From positions 17,731-81,730 of the forward strand of contig JBHLNZ010000007.1 in NCBI GenBank assembly GCA_048941015.1: 64,000 nt of DNA, written 5' to 3'. The notes under the pieces are model-generated. The model was given only the letters and a program-made list of their open reading frames with translations, searched no databases and had not been told where the DNA came from. The position numbers and the translations under genes are program-made. Position 1 is the first letter of the stretch. Each line of letters begins with the position of its first letter. Below are positions 1 through 9,513 of the stretch, one piece after another. This DNA is from Promethearchaeota archaeon. Lineage in GTDB: Archaea > Asgardarchaeota > Lokiarchaeia > Sigyniarchaeales > SOKP01.

Positions 1-458
1 TTTTTAATAAAGAAATCGATAGGAATTTTTACAATTTCTTGTACTTCTCTATTATCCTTAACTAACTTTTGATTTTTATTTATAAGTCCTACAAAAGGAG
101 TGATTATGTATTTAGTCATCGTTGGGAAATCATCAAGACAACCAATAATTTTAATACTTTCTCTTTTTACTCCAATTTCTTCTTCTGTTTCTCTTAAAGC
201 AGTCTCCTTTAAGGATTTGTCTAAATACGGCTCGAATTTCCCACCAGGAAAGGACATTTCACCTCGATGTTTTGTGCCTTTATTTGTTCTATGTATTAAA
301 ATTAATTCATAAGGTTTATTTTCATAAGGGATAATTGAGAAAAGAATTGCTGAACTAGTGAAAAAATCATCTTTTAATATTACTCTTGAAGGGGAATCAC
401 AACGTTTTAATTTTTGTGTTATTAATACTTCATTGAAAATTAAGTTAGAAATATCCAT
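1..458 (-). CDS. Nudix hydrolase, CoA pyrophosphatase (NudL/PCD1-like), 3' end outside window
   Basis: Not in ORF track. Manual minus-strand translation from ATG at 458: MDISNLIF...LILIHRTNKGTKHRGEMSFPGGKFEPYLDKSLKETALRETEEEIGV; NuCoA-type motif followed by Nudix box. Confidence 0.88.
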   Translation of the reverse strand, partial: MDISNLIFNEVLITQKLKRCDSPSRVILKDDFFTSSAILFSIIPYENKPYELILIHRTNKGTKHRGEMSFPGGKFEPYLDKSLKETALRETEEEIGVKRESIKIIGCLDDFPTMTKYIITPFVGLINKNQKLVKDNREVQEIVKIPIDFFIK

Positions 459-533
459 TAGTATTAGGAAAAATTTTAAGATATATTATATTTAACAAAC
501 ATAATATTATATCCTAATAAAATTTTTAGTTAG

Positions 534-845
534 TTGATATTGTTGAAACTTCCAAAGGAACTCAGAGAGAAAGGAGAACTTAGTAGCACGACAATAAAGG
601 GAAAATATTGTTCTATAAAAGGTTGTCGTGAAATGGCAATAAGATCTCTTTCGGAAAATAAATGGAAATCATATGTAGAAAAAGCAAATCTAAACTATAT
701 CGAAAATAAGCAACATAAAATTTATTTATGCAAAAATCACTATAGAGATGCTAATAAGTTTCGAAAATCTCAAGAAAAGTTATACCAAAAGAAAGGATTC
801 CTTGAAGATGATAAATATTATTCTAAAGAACGGAGATTTGATTAA
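534..845 (+). CDS. small conserved archaeal Zn-binding protein
   Basis: CSIKGC...AIRSLS...IYLCKNHY (C-x4-C ... C-x2-H), basic; true start uncertain. Confidence 0.6.
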   Translation: MILLKLPKELREKGELSSTTIKGKYCSIKGCREMAIRSLSENKWKSYVEKANLNYIENKQHKIYLCKNHYRDANKFRKSQEKLYQKKGFLEDDKYYSKERRFD

Positions 846-868
846 CAATTTATTAAGAACTTAAATTT

Positions 869-994
869 TTACGGGATTAATGTCATTTGTTCATAAATTG
901 CACCAAATATCGTGTATTCACCATTAATTAATCCCAATGTTAATAAGGATAATGCAATTAAGAGAATTATAAAACCTATTAACTTTTTTCTCAT
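869..994 (-). CDS. small single-TM membrane protein (41 aa)
   Basis: Below ORF-track cutoff. MRKKLIGFIILLIALSLLTLGLINGEYTIFGAIYEQMTLIP*; fills the intergenic gap, basic N-terminus then hydrophobic helix. Confidence 0.55.
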   Translation of the reverse strand: MRKKLIGFIILLIALSLLTLGLINGEYTIFGAIYEQMTLIP

Positions 995-1044
995 TTAAAC
1001 CAAATTATATAATAATCTATTAATATTAAAATTTTAGATTTGAA

Positions 1045-1941
1045 TCATTTCGTAAGTTTTTCTAATGTCTCAATTTTTAAATCAATTTTCTTTAACTTAA
1101 GTTCAAAATCTTTACCTTTTTCTTTATAAACTTCTTCTGAAATTTCTTTAGCAGAATATCGTCCTTTGTTTAAATTTTTTTCTGCAGATAACTCCGTTTT
1201 TTCTAATTTTAATTCTTTGATCCATAATTTCATCCCCTCAATTAAATCTATTCTCTCAGTTTCTAAATCTTCTTTCTCCTGCTTGTATTTGTCTCTTAAT
1301 TTCTCGAAAGATTCTTTATCAACCTTGTGAAGCTTAAATTCTTTTGTTAAGTTTTTAAGTTGATATATTTTAGTATCGATATCATTTTTAATTCTCTGGA
1401 CAATAAATGGTTTCTCCATCTTTTTATCAATATCTACTTCTTTTTGTTTGAGTTCATTAATCAAAGTCTTAATAGCATCAAGCTTTACATTAATAGATTT
1501 ATTATACTCCTCGTCGTATTCATATTGTGAATCTTTTAATTCTTTTTGAAGATCCTTGAGTTTATCAGACAGAATCTGTTTATTTAATTGGATATCGTTA
1601 TATTCGATATAAAGAATCATTTGTTCTTTTACTTCGAAAGGAAGGGGTTTTTCATATTTTTCTTGTTCTTTTTTAGCTTTCTTCCTTTTTTCTTTCTTTT
1701 CAACGAATATCTCCTCTTCTGATTCTTCTTCTTCTTGTTCTTCAATAGAAAGTGCTTTTTGGGGAACTTTTTGTTTTATACGTTCTTTTGGGGTTTTTGT
1801 TGTTTCTGTTGTATCTGTTTGCTTTGACGGTGACGGCTTTTCGGATTTAGATAAATCTCTAAGGACAGGCTTTCCACATATAATGCAAAATTTATCAGTT
1901 TCTTTTAAAGGATTGCCGCAATAAACACAGTATTTAGCCAT
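1045..1941 (-). CDS. zinc-ribbon protein with CdvA-like coiled-coil C-terminus
   Basis: N-terminal CVYCG...CIICG ribbon, acidic/Lys linker, helical region with ...HKVDKESFEKL... and ...YSAKEISEEVY... repeats. Confidence 0.7.
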   Translation of the reverse strand: MAKYCVYCGNPLKETDKFCIICGKPVLRDLSKSEKPSPSKQTDTTETTKTPKERIKQKVPQKALSIEEQEEEESEEEIFVEKKEKRKKAKKEQEKYEKPLPFEVKEQMILYIEYNDIQLNKQILSDKLKDLQKELKDSQYEYDEEYNKSINVKLDAIKTLINELKQKEVDIDKKMEKPFIVQRIKNDIDTKIYQLKNLTKEFKLHKVDKESFEKLRDKYKQEKEDLETERIDLIEGMKLWIKELKLEKTELSAEKNLNKGRYSAKEISEEVYKEKGKDFELKLKKIDLKIETLEKLTK

Positions 1942-2157
1942 ATTAAATCCTACTTTTTTTAATTTATTTAATAAAATGGTCTTATAATTTAAATAAAATA
2001 TATTTAATTAAACTTTACTGGAGTCCAATTTTTAGAGTTTTTATAAAGAAATATTGAAGATATTTATTAACTTGATTCTTTCTAACCTTAAATAAAGTTA
2101 ATTTGAAATAAATTATTAATCATATTAAAACCCTTATTTAAGAAATAATACATTTCA

Positions 2158-3606
2158 ATGGCAGAACTAAAAGATAAGATTCCTGTTCATTTAGGATTAT
2201 TTGGGCATATTGATTCAGGAAAGACAGCTTTGGCTGCAGTTTTAAGTGAGATAATATCAACAGCAGGTATTGATGCTCATCCACAAAGTAAAGAAAGGGG
2301 TATCACAATAGACTTAGGTTTTACGAGTTTTTTATTAGAAGATTATCTAATCACTCTAGTGGACGGACCGGGTCATGCAGATTTGATTAGGATTAGTGCA
2401 TCCTCAGTTGAAATAATTGATTGTGCAATTATTGTAATTGATATAAACAAAGGACCCCAAATTCAAACTGGAGAACATTTAATCATGATAGAATCTCTTG
2501 ATATTAAAGATCTAATAGTGGTTCTTAATAAAATTGATTTATTTACAGGGAATATTGGGAAATCTATTGAAAAAACGAGAGAGTTCTTTAGATCAACATC
2601 ATATGGATTTGAAGTTCCGATATATGCTGTTTCTGCTAAGAAAAAAATTGGTTTCGAAGAACTAAAAGTTGGAATTTTAAATAAAGTAAAAGCTATAGAT
2701 ATTAAAAGAGATATAGAAGGTACATTTATTATGCCCATTGATCACCACTTTTCAATAAAAGGAAGAGGGGCAGTAATTACAGGAACTATCTTAAAAGGAA
2801 CTTTAAAGCTAGATCAAAAAGTTGAAGTAATTCCAATAAATAGTTCAGGAAGAGTAAAATCGATTCAAACCTTTCACCACAATGTAGATACAGCTAAAGC
2901 TGGTGACAGAGTTGGCTTAAACATAAAAGCTTTAGACGTAAAAAAGATATATCGAGGTTGTTATATTACAGATAATAAAAATGTTTTTGAATTCTGTGAT
3001 TTAATAGAGATTTTTGTTAAAGATAACAAATTATTTAAACCAGAAACTCATTTTGGAAGTCAAGTCCATGTAACCATAGGAATGGTGACAATCGCAGCTA
3101 CAATATATCCTTTCTATGAATTAGATGAAAAAAGGGTTCAAACGAACATTAAAGACCATGGATTAGGATTTAAAGCATTCCTATATTTAAATACACCAGT
3201 AATTATTAGTAAACAAAAAACAACTATATTAATGAGTCGTCTAGATTTACCTCCAACAACTCTAAGAATACTAGGGTCTGGTAAGTTAATTAAAATCCAT
3301 AAAGATCCACCATTAATGTACAAATTTAAAATTAAAAAGGGCAAGATTCAAAATCTTGATCATCCTCAAGGAATAATAGCCTATGGATTAGCCCAAAGTC
3401 TTAATGGTGCTAGGAAAATTACAGGTCGAAATTTAGAGACACCTTTTTCTAAAATCCTTGGACCCTTTGGGACTAAAGGAGCAGTAATTGTAGGTATTGA
3501 AGCTAAAAGGAATAAAAGTGAAATAAAAAAGGGAGATACTGTTATTTTAAAAGAATTAAGAAGTTTTCGGTTAAAACGCAAAAAAGATTTAAATGTTCAA
3601 AATTAA
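2158..3606 (+). CDS. selB: selenocysteine-specific translation elongation factor (archaeal/eukaryotic type)
   Basis: GHIDSGKT, SKERGITIDLGF, DGPGHADLIR, NKID, IDHHFSIKGRGAVITG, C-terminal GPFGTKG domain IV. Confidence 0.93.
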   Translation: MAELKDKIPVHLGLFGHIDSGKTALAAVLSEIISTAGIDAHPQSKERGITIDLGFTSFLLEDYLITLVDGPGHADLIRISASSVEIIDCAIIVIDINKGPQIQTGEHLIMIESLDIKDLIVVLNKIDLFTGNIGKSIEKTREFFRSTSYGFEVPIYAVSAKKKIGFEELKVGILNKVKAIDIKRDIEGTFIMPIDHHFSIKGRGAVITGTILKGTLKLDQKVEVIPINSSGRVKSIQTFHHNVDTAKAGDRVGLNIKALDVKKIYRGCYITDNKNVFEFCDLIEIFVKDNKLFKPETHFGSQVHVTIGMVTIAATIYPFYELDEKRVQTNIKDHGLGFKAFLYLNTPVIISKQKTTILMSRLDLPPTTLRILGSGKLIKIHKDPPLMYKFKIKKGKIQNLDHPQGIIAYGLAQSLNGARKITGRNLETPFSKILGPFGTKGAVIVGIEAKRNKSEIKKGDTVILKELRSFRLKRKKDLNVQN

Positions 3607-3632
3607 TTATATAATTAAGTGAGGTTATAAAA

Positions 3633-4073
3633 ATGGAAAGATTGCATGCTTCTGAAATAAATATCGATCAAGAAGTATTATCCGAATTAATGCGTAATTT
3701 AGAACATTTAGAAAGTTCAACAGATTTAGAAGGAACAGCGATCGTTTCAAAACAGGGATTGAGAATTGCTAGCTCTGAAACTGCTGATGTTGTGGCAGAT
3801 ATTTATAGTGCTAGTCCTGCTACCTTAATTTCTTTAGGAGAGAAAATAAGTACTGGTTTAGGACAAGGAGAATTGAGAGAGATTGTTATTAGAGGAGTAA
3901 AAGGTTACACGATAATTTTAGTTGGTTCTTCTGATAATAACTTTATGCTTTTTACTAATTGCAAAAAGGGCTATAAATTAGGATATTATTTTCACAAAAT
4001 CCGAAAAGCTTTTAAAGAAATGGAACCTGTGTTAAAACAAATTCCAACCCAGGAAAGTGGTCCTAATTTTTAA
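3633..4073 (+). CDS. roadblock/LC7 (MglB-like) protein
   Basis: EGTAIVSKQGLRIAS...GELREIVIRGVKGY pattern; SD-like GTGAGGT just upstream. Confidence 0.85.
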   Translation: MERLHASEINIDQEVLSELMRNLEHLESSTDLEGTAIVSKQGLRIASSETADVVADIYSASPATLISLGEKISTGLGQGELREIVIRGVKGYTIILVGSSDNNFMLFTNCKKGYKLGYYFHKIRKAFKEMEPVLKQIPTQESGPNF

Positions 4074-4109
4074 CTTAAAATATTAATGTATTCTTTAAAT
4101 AATATTATT

Positions 4110-4535
4110 TTATACATGTTTCCATTTTATAGTATCATTGTTCATTAAGTAAAAAAAATTTACAGGTATACTTGGAGGGGGATCATTATTAACACTATAT
4201 ACCCATCCAGGACCAACATTATTAATTTCTATAACAAACAAACCCCATCCATAATCTTGAATTTTAACGTCGCAACAATTTAACAATGCGTGATATGCCG
4301 TAGTTTCATAATTTATTAAATTAATATTTTCATATCTTTCATTATCTTTAATACCAGAGTAATCTATCAATACAGTAATATTTTCAACCATATACAGTTT
4401 TTCGTTTCTATTTTCATTGGTTTGATTAAGATTTGGTTGATAGTTTTGCAAAACAATGAAATTGAATAGAATTAGTAAAAAGAATGCGGAAAATCCTATG
4501 AATCCGATTATAATGAATTTCTTTTTATTTTCCAT
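4110..4535 (-). CDS. membrane-anchored DUF4430 (transcobalamin C-terminal-like) protein
   Basis: N-terminal TM; TAYHAL...YGWGLFVIEINNV...WVYSVN...NDTIKW motif. Confidence 0.75.
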   Translation of the reverse strand: MENKKKFIIIGFIGFSAFFLLILFNFIVLQNYQPNLNQTNENRNEKLYMVENITVLIDYSGIKDNERYENINLINYETTAYHALLNCCDVKIQDYGWGLFVIEINNVGPGWVYSVNNDPPPSIPVNFFYLMNNDTIKWKHV

Positions 4536-4573
4536 TATTTAAATTCAAGCTTTAAAAAAATGTAATTAAATTA

Positions 4574-5386
4574 TTATTTCGTTTTTTCTTTTAATTTAAA
4601 ATTTATTTTCAGCGATAAGAATGGTATTATAATAAATATAATAGAAGCCATTATTAGGATATTATAGGATGGGATCAAGGGGGTGTCTGTTAAATCGGGA
4701 AGATTCGTTAATCTCATCTCAAGAGTATAATTGCCGACACTAGTATTGGTGTAAACTAATAGTCCAGAAATTTTATCGTAACTTGATGTCGTATTCTGAA
4801 AAAATGTTTCTTGCTTAAAATCAAATGTAATTTTATCATTAATTTCCCGAATAGAAATAGTAGCATTCATGGGAGGCTGATCTTGAGCATATGCCTGTTC
4901 TTTTAAATAGGTAAAATTATCAATAGGAAGTAAAAATCCAGATTGAAAATAATTATACCCAATAGCTAAATTCATAGCAGCTTCTCCGTTAGAAACATTG
5001 TAAAAAGTAGTATTGGTGACTAGTGTACCATTTCTATTTTCAATAAATTCTATGCTCATATAAGGTATAGGACTTTCAAAGAGGTTAAAAAAATCATTAG
5101 GATCTTTTTCGTAAAATCCGGTAAAGTTTACTTTAATTTGACCTCCTGGTGTTGTATTTGCAAATCCTTTTGATGGTGCTAAATAATCTACATCTAACCA
5201 TTCGAGAGATTTACTAGTATTAAAAGCACTAACATTATATATGTAAATTGTGTCTAAATTTAGCTGTTTATTAAATTTACTTGGAATTGTTGAATTTGCT
5301 TTAACAATTGGGACTGTAAATAAGAAAAAGGCAGAGTTTAAAACTAAAAAGATAAAGAGTTCAGCCAAATAATTTTTAGTTCTCAT
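4574..5386 (-). CDS. secreted/surface protein with C-terminal sorting anchor
   Basis: Signal peptide, many N-x-S/T sequons, C-terminal IPSY + hydrophobic helix + Lys tail. Confidence 0.7.
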   Translation of the reverse strand: MRTKNYLAELFIFLVLNSAFFLFTVPIVKANSTIPSKFNKQLNLDTIYIYNVSAFNTSKSLEWLDVDYLAPSKGFANTTPGGQIKVNFTGFYEKDPNDFFNLFESPIPYMSIEFIENRNGTLVTNTTFYNVSNGEAAMNLAIGYNYFQSGFLLPIDNFTYLKEQAYAQDQPPMNATISIREINDKITFDFKQETFFQNTTSSYDKISGLLVYTNTSVGNYTLEMRLTNLPDLTDTPLIPSYNILIMASIIFIIIPFLSLKINFKLKEKTK

Positions 5387-5511
5387 AGTTTAATAGAAAT
5401 TTTATTTTTATTTTAATAAATAAAATGAAACATTATATAAAAAGAATAGGATAAGTTTCCTATAAATATATTTTGTTTTAATACCTAATTAGATTATAAA
5501 TCCAAAAATGG

Positions 5512-5856
5512 TTGAAAAATGAGTGGTTCATATATATATCGTTGCATAATTATGATGTGAATAAAGATTTTGATAAGAAACTATTTAAAGCAATTATTGA
5601 CAGCTATTTAAAACATTTTAATAACAAAAATGAATTAAATTTATGGTTATGCGAAACACTAATTAAATTAATGAATCTACTAAAAGCAATAAAAAATAAA
5701 GCATTAATTAAAGATGCGTTGATTATAGTTTTAAATTTAACACGAGATATGCCTTTAAATAACTATAATATGCATTTGAAAAATTTTAAGAATATATCTT
5801 TAAATAATAGTATAGAAGCTAAGCATCTGCTAAAAAAAGTATGGGGATTAAATTAA
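5512..5856 (+). CDS. hypothetical protein
   Basis: 114-aa helical ORF in otherwise empty region; start uncertain. Confidence 0.5.
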   Translation: MKNEWFIYISLHNYDVNKDFDKKLFKAIIDSYLKHFNNKNELNLWLCETLIKLMNLLKAIKNKALIKDALIIVLNLTRDMPLNNYNMHLKNFKNISLNNSIEAKHLLKKVWGLN

Positions 5857-5950
5857 TATGATAAGAAATTTCTAAACTTTCAGAGTCATTTCAAATTTTA
5901 ATCAAAATTTTTATGTTCAGTAGTGAATTTAGTTAGAAAATAATTATTAA

Positions 5951-6220
5951 TTGGATTTTAAAAAAATGAGTTCAGGAACAGCCCAAAAAGAAAGAACAGA
6001 CCTTATTGATATACAATTAGAAAATGAAAAATCTTTTACAGAGATAATTTCTGATATCAGTATCCCTTTTTCTGAAATTTTAAAGAGAGAAGAACCTAAC
6101 TTTATATATTCTGGAAGTGAAAAGATGCGATTTAATGAACGTCATCCAATATTTAAGGCTCTTTTAAAAATTGAATTTGAAGAAGCAGTACTACAGTACT
6201 TACACAAAATACAAGCATAA
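5951..6220 (+). CDS. hypothetical protein
   Basis: 89-aa ORF; probable start at the internal Met (MSSG). Confidence 0.5.
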   Translation: MDFKKMSSGTAQKERTDLIDIQLENEKSFTEIISDISIPFSEILKREEPNFIYSGSEKMRFNERHPIFKALLKIEFEEAVLQYLHKIQA

Positions 6221-6541
6221 TTCACTAAATAGTTAAATTACTACTTATTATTCTATTAATTACTTTAAAAATAGTAGATTTTTTCTAAATTGAAAGTAAT
6301 TACATAAATGAAATTGAAAAAAATCAAAAAAAGAATAAAAAGCAATAATTCAAGGATTTATATAAAGAATTAAGAAAAAGTTAAGTTATGTTAATTTATA
6401 TACATTTGTGTCTAATTTTTATTGTTTTAATTTTAAGATCAAATAGGAAATTTATCCTATAACTTTATAATAATTCTTAGATTATTAAACTTAATAAAAA
6501 AAAGAATAGTTAATTCCAATCTATACATTTTTTAAGAAATT

Positions 6542-7198
6542 ATGGAAAAAGTAAAGCACAATAATGCTAAATTACCCATTAAAGTTGCGTTTAAGGAGCA
6601 TTCTAAGCTAAATCGTGAAATTCTAAATCATAATGTATGGATTGAAAAAACATCATATCGTATTGCTTTAATAAGTATTTTTTCTGCCTTAGCAGTAGTA
6701 TTAGGATATATGTTAGCGTATATCCCAAACATAGAAATGTTTACACTTACTATATTTTTATCTGGATTTATTTTAGGTAAGAAGGAAGGGATTATAGTAG
6801 GATTATTAAGTTCATCGATATTTACTTTTTTTAATCCTTTAGGAGCTTCACCAGCGCCACTTTTTATTTATCAAATAATTCATTATTCTTTAACGGGTTT
6901 AGCTGGAAATATTACAAGAAACTTTTTAATTAAAAAAAATTATTTTGGAGCAAAAGAAGACTTATATGTTTTTCCAATATTTTTGATTTTTGGCTTCACG
7001 GGAGCATTAATTACCTTTATATATGATGTAATAAGCACTACTATTAGTGCTTTTTTGGTCTCAATTACTTTTAAATACTTTATCGTGACATATATGACAG
7101 GTATCATTTTCACAACTATTCATCTAATTGGAAATGTACTCAGTTTTGTATTCTTATTACCTGGTTTAGTCTTAGTAGTACAAAAAATATTAGATTAA
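6542..7198 (+). CDS. ECF transporter S-component (CbrT-like, cobalamin candidate)
   Basis: IALISIFSALAVV...IPNIE...FLSGFILGKKEG; multi-TM; IHLIGN near C-terminus. Confidence 0.78.
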   Translation: MEKVKHNNAKLPIKVAFKEHSKLNREILNHNVWIEKTSYRIALISIFSALAVVLGYMLAYIPNIEMFTLTIFLSGFILGKKEGIIVGLLSSSIFTFFNPLGASPAPLFIYQIIHYSLTGLAGNITRNFLIKKNYFGAKEDLYVFPIFLIFGFTGALITFIYDVISTTISAFLVSITFKYFIVTYMTGIIFTTIHLIGNVLSFVFLLPGLVLVVQKILD

Positions 7199-7237
7199 TA
7201 AATTAATAGAAATAATAAACTTCTTCAGAATTAGGGT

Positions 7238-7729
7238 CTATTTCGCTTCAGATAAAACTGTAACTTTTCCTCCTGCTGATTCTATTTTTTCTACAGCTCG
7301 TTTTGAAGCCTTTTTGACTGTGATATTAATCTTTTTATTTATTTCTCCTCGACCTAAAATTTTTTGAATATTAATATCATTTAAATTAATGGTGTATGTA
7401 TTTCCAGATTTAGTTGCTTTGTTTTGTTTAGCTAAATTCTCGATTTGGTGATCTAAATCCTTTATATTTAAGCTATTAACTTTATAAATACGAACAATAT
7501 CTTGAGGTCTTTTAAAACCTTTCTTACCGATATCCCAATCCGGATCAGGAAATCCTAATTCTTTTTGTTTAAGGTAATAAGACTTTTTGCTCTTTTTCCA
7601 TTGAGTAGTTTTTCCTTTTCCCGCTCTTTGTCCAGTTTTGCGATGCTGTCCTACTCTACCATAGCCACAAGTACGAGTTCCTCTCTTTTTTCTTATCTTT
7701 CTTGGATATTTTCTCATTTTTTTCACCAA
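7238..7729 (-). CDS. rpl15: 50S ribosomal protein uL15
   Basis: RGTRTCGYGRVGQHRK, KILGRG, AVEKIESAGGKV; true start probably ATG at 7717 after GGTGA SD. Confidence 0.96.
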   Translation of the reverse strand: MVKKMRKYPRKIRKKRGTRTCGYGRVGQHRKTGQRAGKGKTTQWKKSKKSYYLKQKELGFPDPDWDIGKKGFKRPQDIVRIYKVNSLNIKDLDHQIENLAKQNKATKSGNTYTINLNDINIQKILGRGEINKKINITVKKASKRAVEKIESAGGKVTVLSEAK

Positions 7730-7733
7730 GCGA

Positions 7734-8279
7734 TTAAATCATTTTATGGATTAATTCATTTATATAATTCTCAACATAACCAAGAGTTCCGCCTTCTTTA
7801 TAATGTTTCTTTATAGATCCCTTGTATCCTGTCTTTGGTGGGTGTAGTCGAAAGACTGGTTTTATTTTATCAATGTCTTTTGTTCTATATTGAATTTTAC
7901 CATTCATTAATGCTTTTGCAAATTCTTTAATATTTTGATATTGTGTTAAATTTTTTATATGTATGTCTGTAAGTGGTTTATTACCTTCTACTTTACCTCT
8001 AGCTCTTAATAATCTAATCAAAGTTTTTTCGTCTATTTCACCATAAGCAATATAATCTTTACATTTATTCAGCATCCCCATATAACTTGGTTCACCCCAT
8101 ATTAAAACTCCGTGATTTACTTTATGCATTCTTAACATTTTAAGAGTGTCGTTAATTATATTTCTCATTCCTGGAGCGCCCCTAATTCTTATAGCAAAAT
8201 ATAACTTAGGTTCCTTAAACTTCTTTAATTTATATTTTTTTCTTACTATTATTTCATTCTCAGCCATCATATACACCAC
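7734..8279 (-). CDS. rpl30: 50S ribosomal protein uL30
   Basis: AIRIRG, DYIAYGE, FRLHPP, GGTLGY; long archaeal form. Confidence 0.96.
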   Translation of the reverse strand: MVYMMAENEIIVRKKYKLKKFKEPKLYFAIRIRGAPGMRNIINDTLKMLRMHKVNHGVLIWGEPSYMGMLNKCKDYIAYGEIDEKTLIRLLRARGKVEGNKPLTDIHIKNLTQYQNIKEFAKALMNGKIQYRTKDIDKIKPVFRLHPPKTGYKGSIKKHYKEGGTLGYVENYINELIHKMI

Positions 8280-8286
8280 TCATAAA

Positions 8287-8901
8287 TTACAGGTTAAAAT
8301 TATATTTATGGGCATTCTTAAGTGCATTAAAGGTTGCTTTCACGAGATTTTCACTTGTTCTTGTATCTCCAAAAGTCTTACTCCATATATCTTCTATTCC
8401 TGCTAATTTTAATACTTGTTTGACTTTGTCTGCACAAGCTAGTCCAACTCCTGCTGGTGCTGGTATCAAACGTATTCGTATTGAACCACACTTTCCATCT
8501 ACTTTGAAAGGTACGCTATGAGTTCCCCCACATCCACATTCTCTGCTTCCACAACCTCTTAATACAGGTATTACAGATAATTTTGCTTTATCAATTGCCT
8601 TTCTTATTGCTGGTCCTACTTCTCTACTTTTTGCTGAACCAACTCCAATAAATCCATCAGTTCCCACTATAACAACAGCTTTGAATTTGCTCCTTTGACC
8701 ACTAGCAGACATCTGTTGTACCATGGAAATTTTTATGACATCTTCAGATAATTGAGGTAAAAGAATATCAATAATTTCTTTTTCTTTAACAACTAGATTA
8801 TTAGCAAAAATCTTATCAAGGGTTATTAGTCCTTGTTGAACTAGTTCACCTAGTCGTGTTCTTGGAACCCATGTTTCTTCAATATTTCTTAATCGACTCA
8901 A
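8287..8901 (-). CDS. rps5: 30S ribosomal protein uS5
   Basis: WVPRTRLG, GCGSRECGCG..HSVPFKV, IPAPAGVGL; TTG start. Confidence 0.97.
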   Translation of the reverse strand: MSRLRNIEETWVPRTRLGELVQQGLITLDKIFANNLVVKEKEIIDILLPQLSEDVIKISMVQQMSASGQRSKFKAVVIVGTDGFIGVGSAKSREVGPAIRKAIDKAKLSVIPVLRGCGSRECGCGGTHSVPFKVDGKCGSIRIRLIPAPAGVGLACADKVKQVLKLAGIEDIWSKTFGDTRTSENLVKATFNALKNAHKYNFNL

Positions 8902-8916
8902 TATTATTCACTTTTA

Positions 8917-9510
8917 TTAAGCTTTATTTTCAATAGTTTTAATTGTGTCTGAAAAAATTTGACTTATTTTTAACGGATTAATTTTATTTTTCTTCAAATA
9001 TCCTGAAAATATTTTCTCATATTTTTCCGGATCTTCCGCTTTCAATCGTTTGGCAAACTCTTCTATATGAGAGCCCTTTATCCTCGAATTTAAACTCTCT
9101 GGAAAAAATTCTTCATTATAGGGAATTTCCATTCCAGCATCTATTACACCTTTACAAGCTGCTAAGACTCTATTTCTATGATAAAAAATACCTAAATCAA
9201 AAATAGCTTCTTGAATTTTCTTACTTTTAGCTCTCAATCCAACTAAATATCCAGTTAAATAAGCAGCAGGGATATTACCGGTACTTGCTTTCCATCCATA
9301 TTTAGTTATTAACTCTTTAGAATGTGCTGAAACTAAAATTTTATCCCCACCAATATTAGATTGAATGATCTGAATAGTAATATGATTATTTGAAGATCTT
9401 ATAGCCACTCTTAGTTTTTTTGATTTAAGTAACTTTAATCTTCTATGATAATTCGTTTTACCTTCTTCTCTTCTTCGAAAAGATCTCCTATATCTCGGTC
9501 CTTTAGCCAT
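8917..9510 (-). CDS. rpl18: 50S ribosomal protein uL18
   Basis: MAKGPRY..FRRREEGKTNYHRRL, NIPAAYLTG. Confidence 0.97.
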   Translation of the reverse strand: MAKGPRYRRSFRRREEGKTNYHRRLKLLKSKKLRVAIRSSNNHITIQIIQSNIGGDKILVSAHSKELITKYGWKASTGNIPAAYLTGYLVGLRAKSKKIQEAIFDLGIFYHRNRVLAACKGVIDAGMEIPYNEEFFPESLNSRIKGSHIEEFAKRLKAEDPEKYEKIFSGYLKKNKINPLKISQIFSDTIKTIENKA

Positions 9511-9513
9511 AAT

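Noticed and set aside
100-312. 70-aa plus-strand ORF in the track
   Set aside because: Antisense shadow of the Nudix hydrolase gene
6308-6373. Tiny Lys-rich ORF MKLKKIKKRIKSNNSRIYIKN
   Set aside because: Expected by chance in A-rich DNA; no SD or family motif
5387-6541. Cobalamin riboswitch upstream of ECF/DUF4430 genes
   Set aside because: Intergenic DNA is almost pure A/T; no B12-box or GGGAA-type core visible
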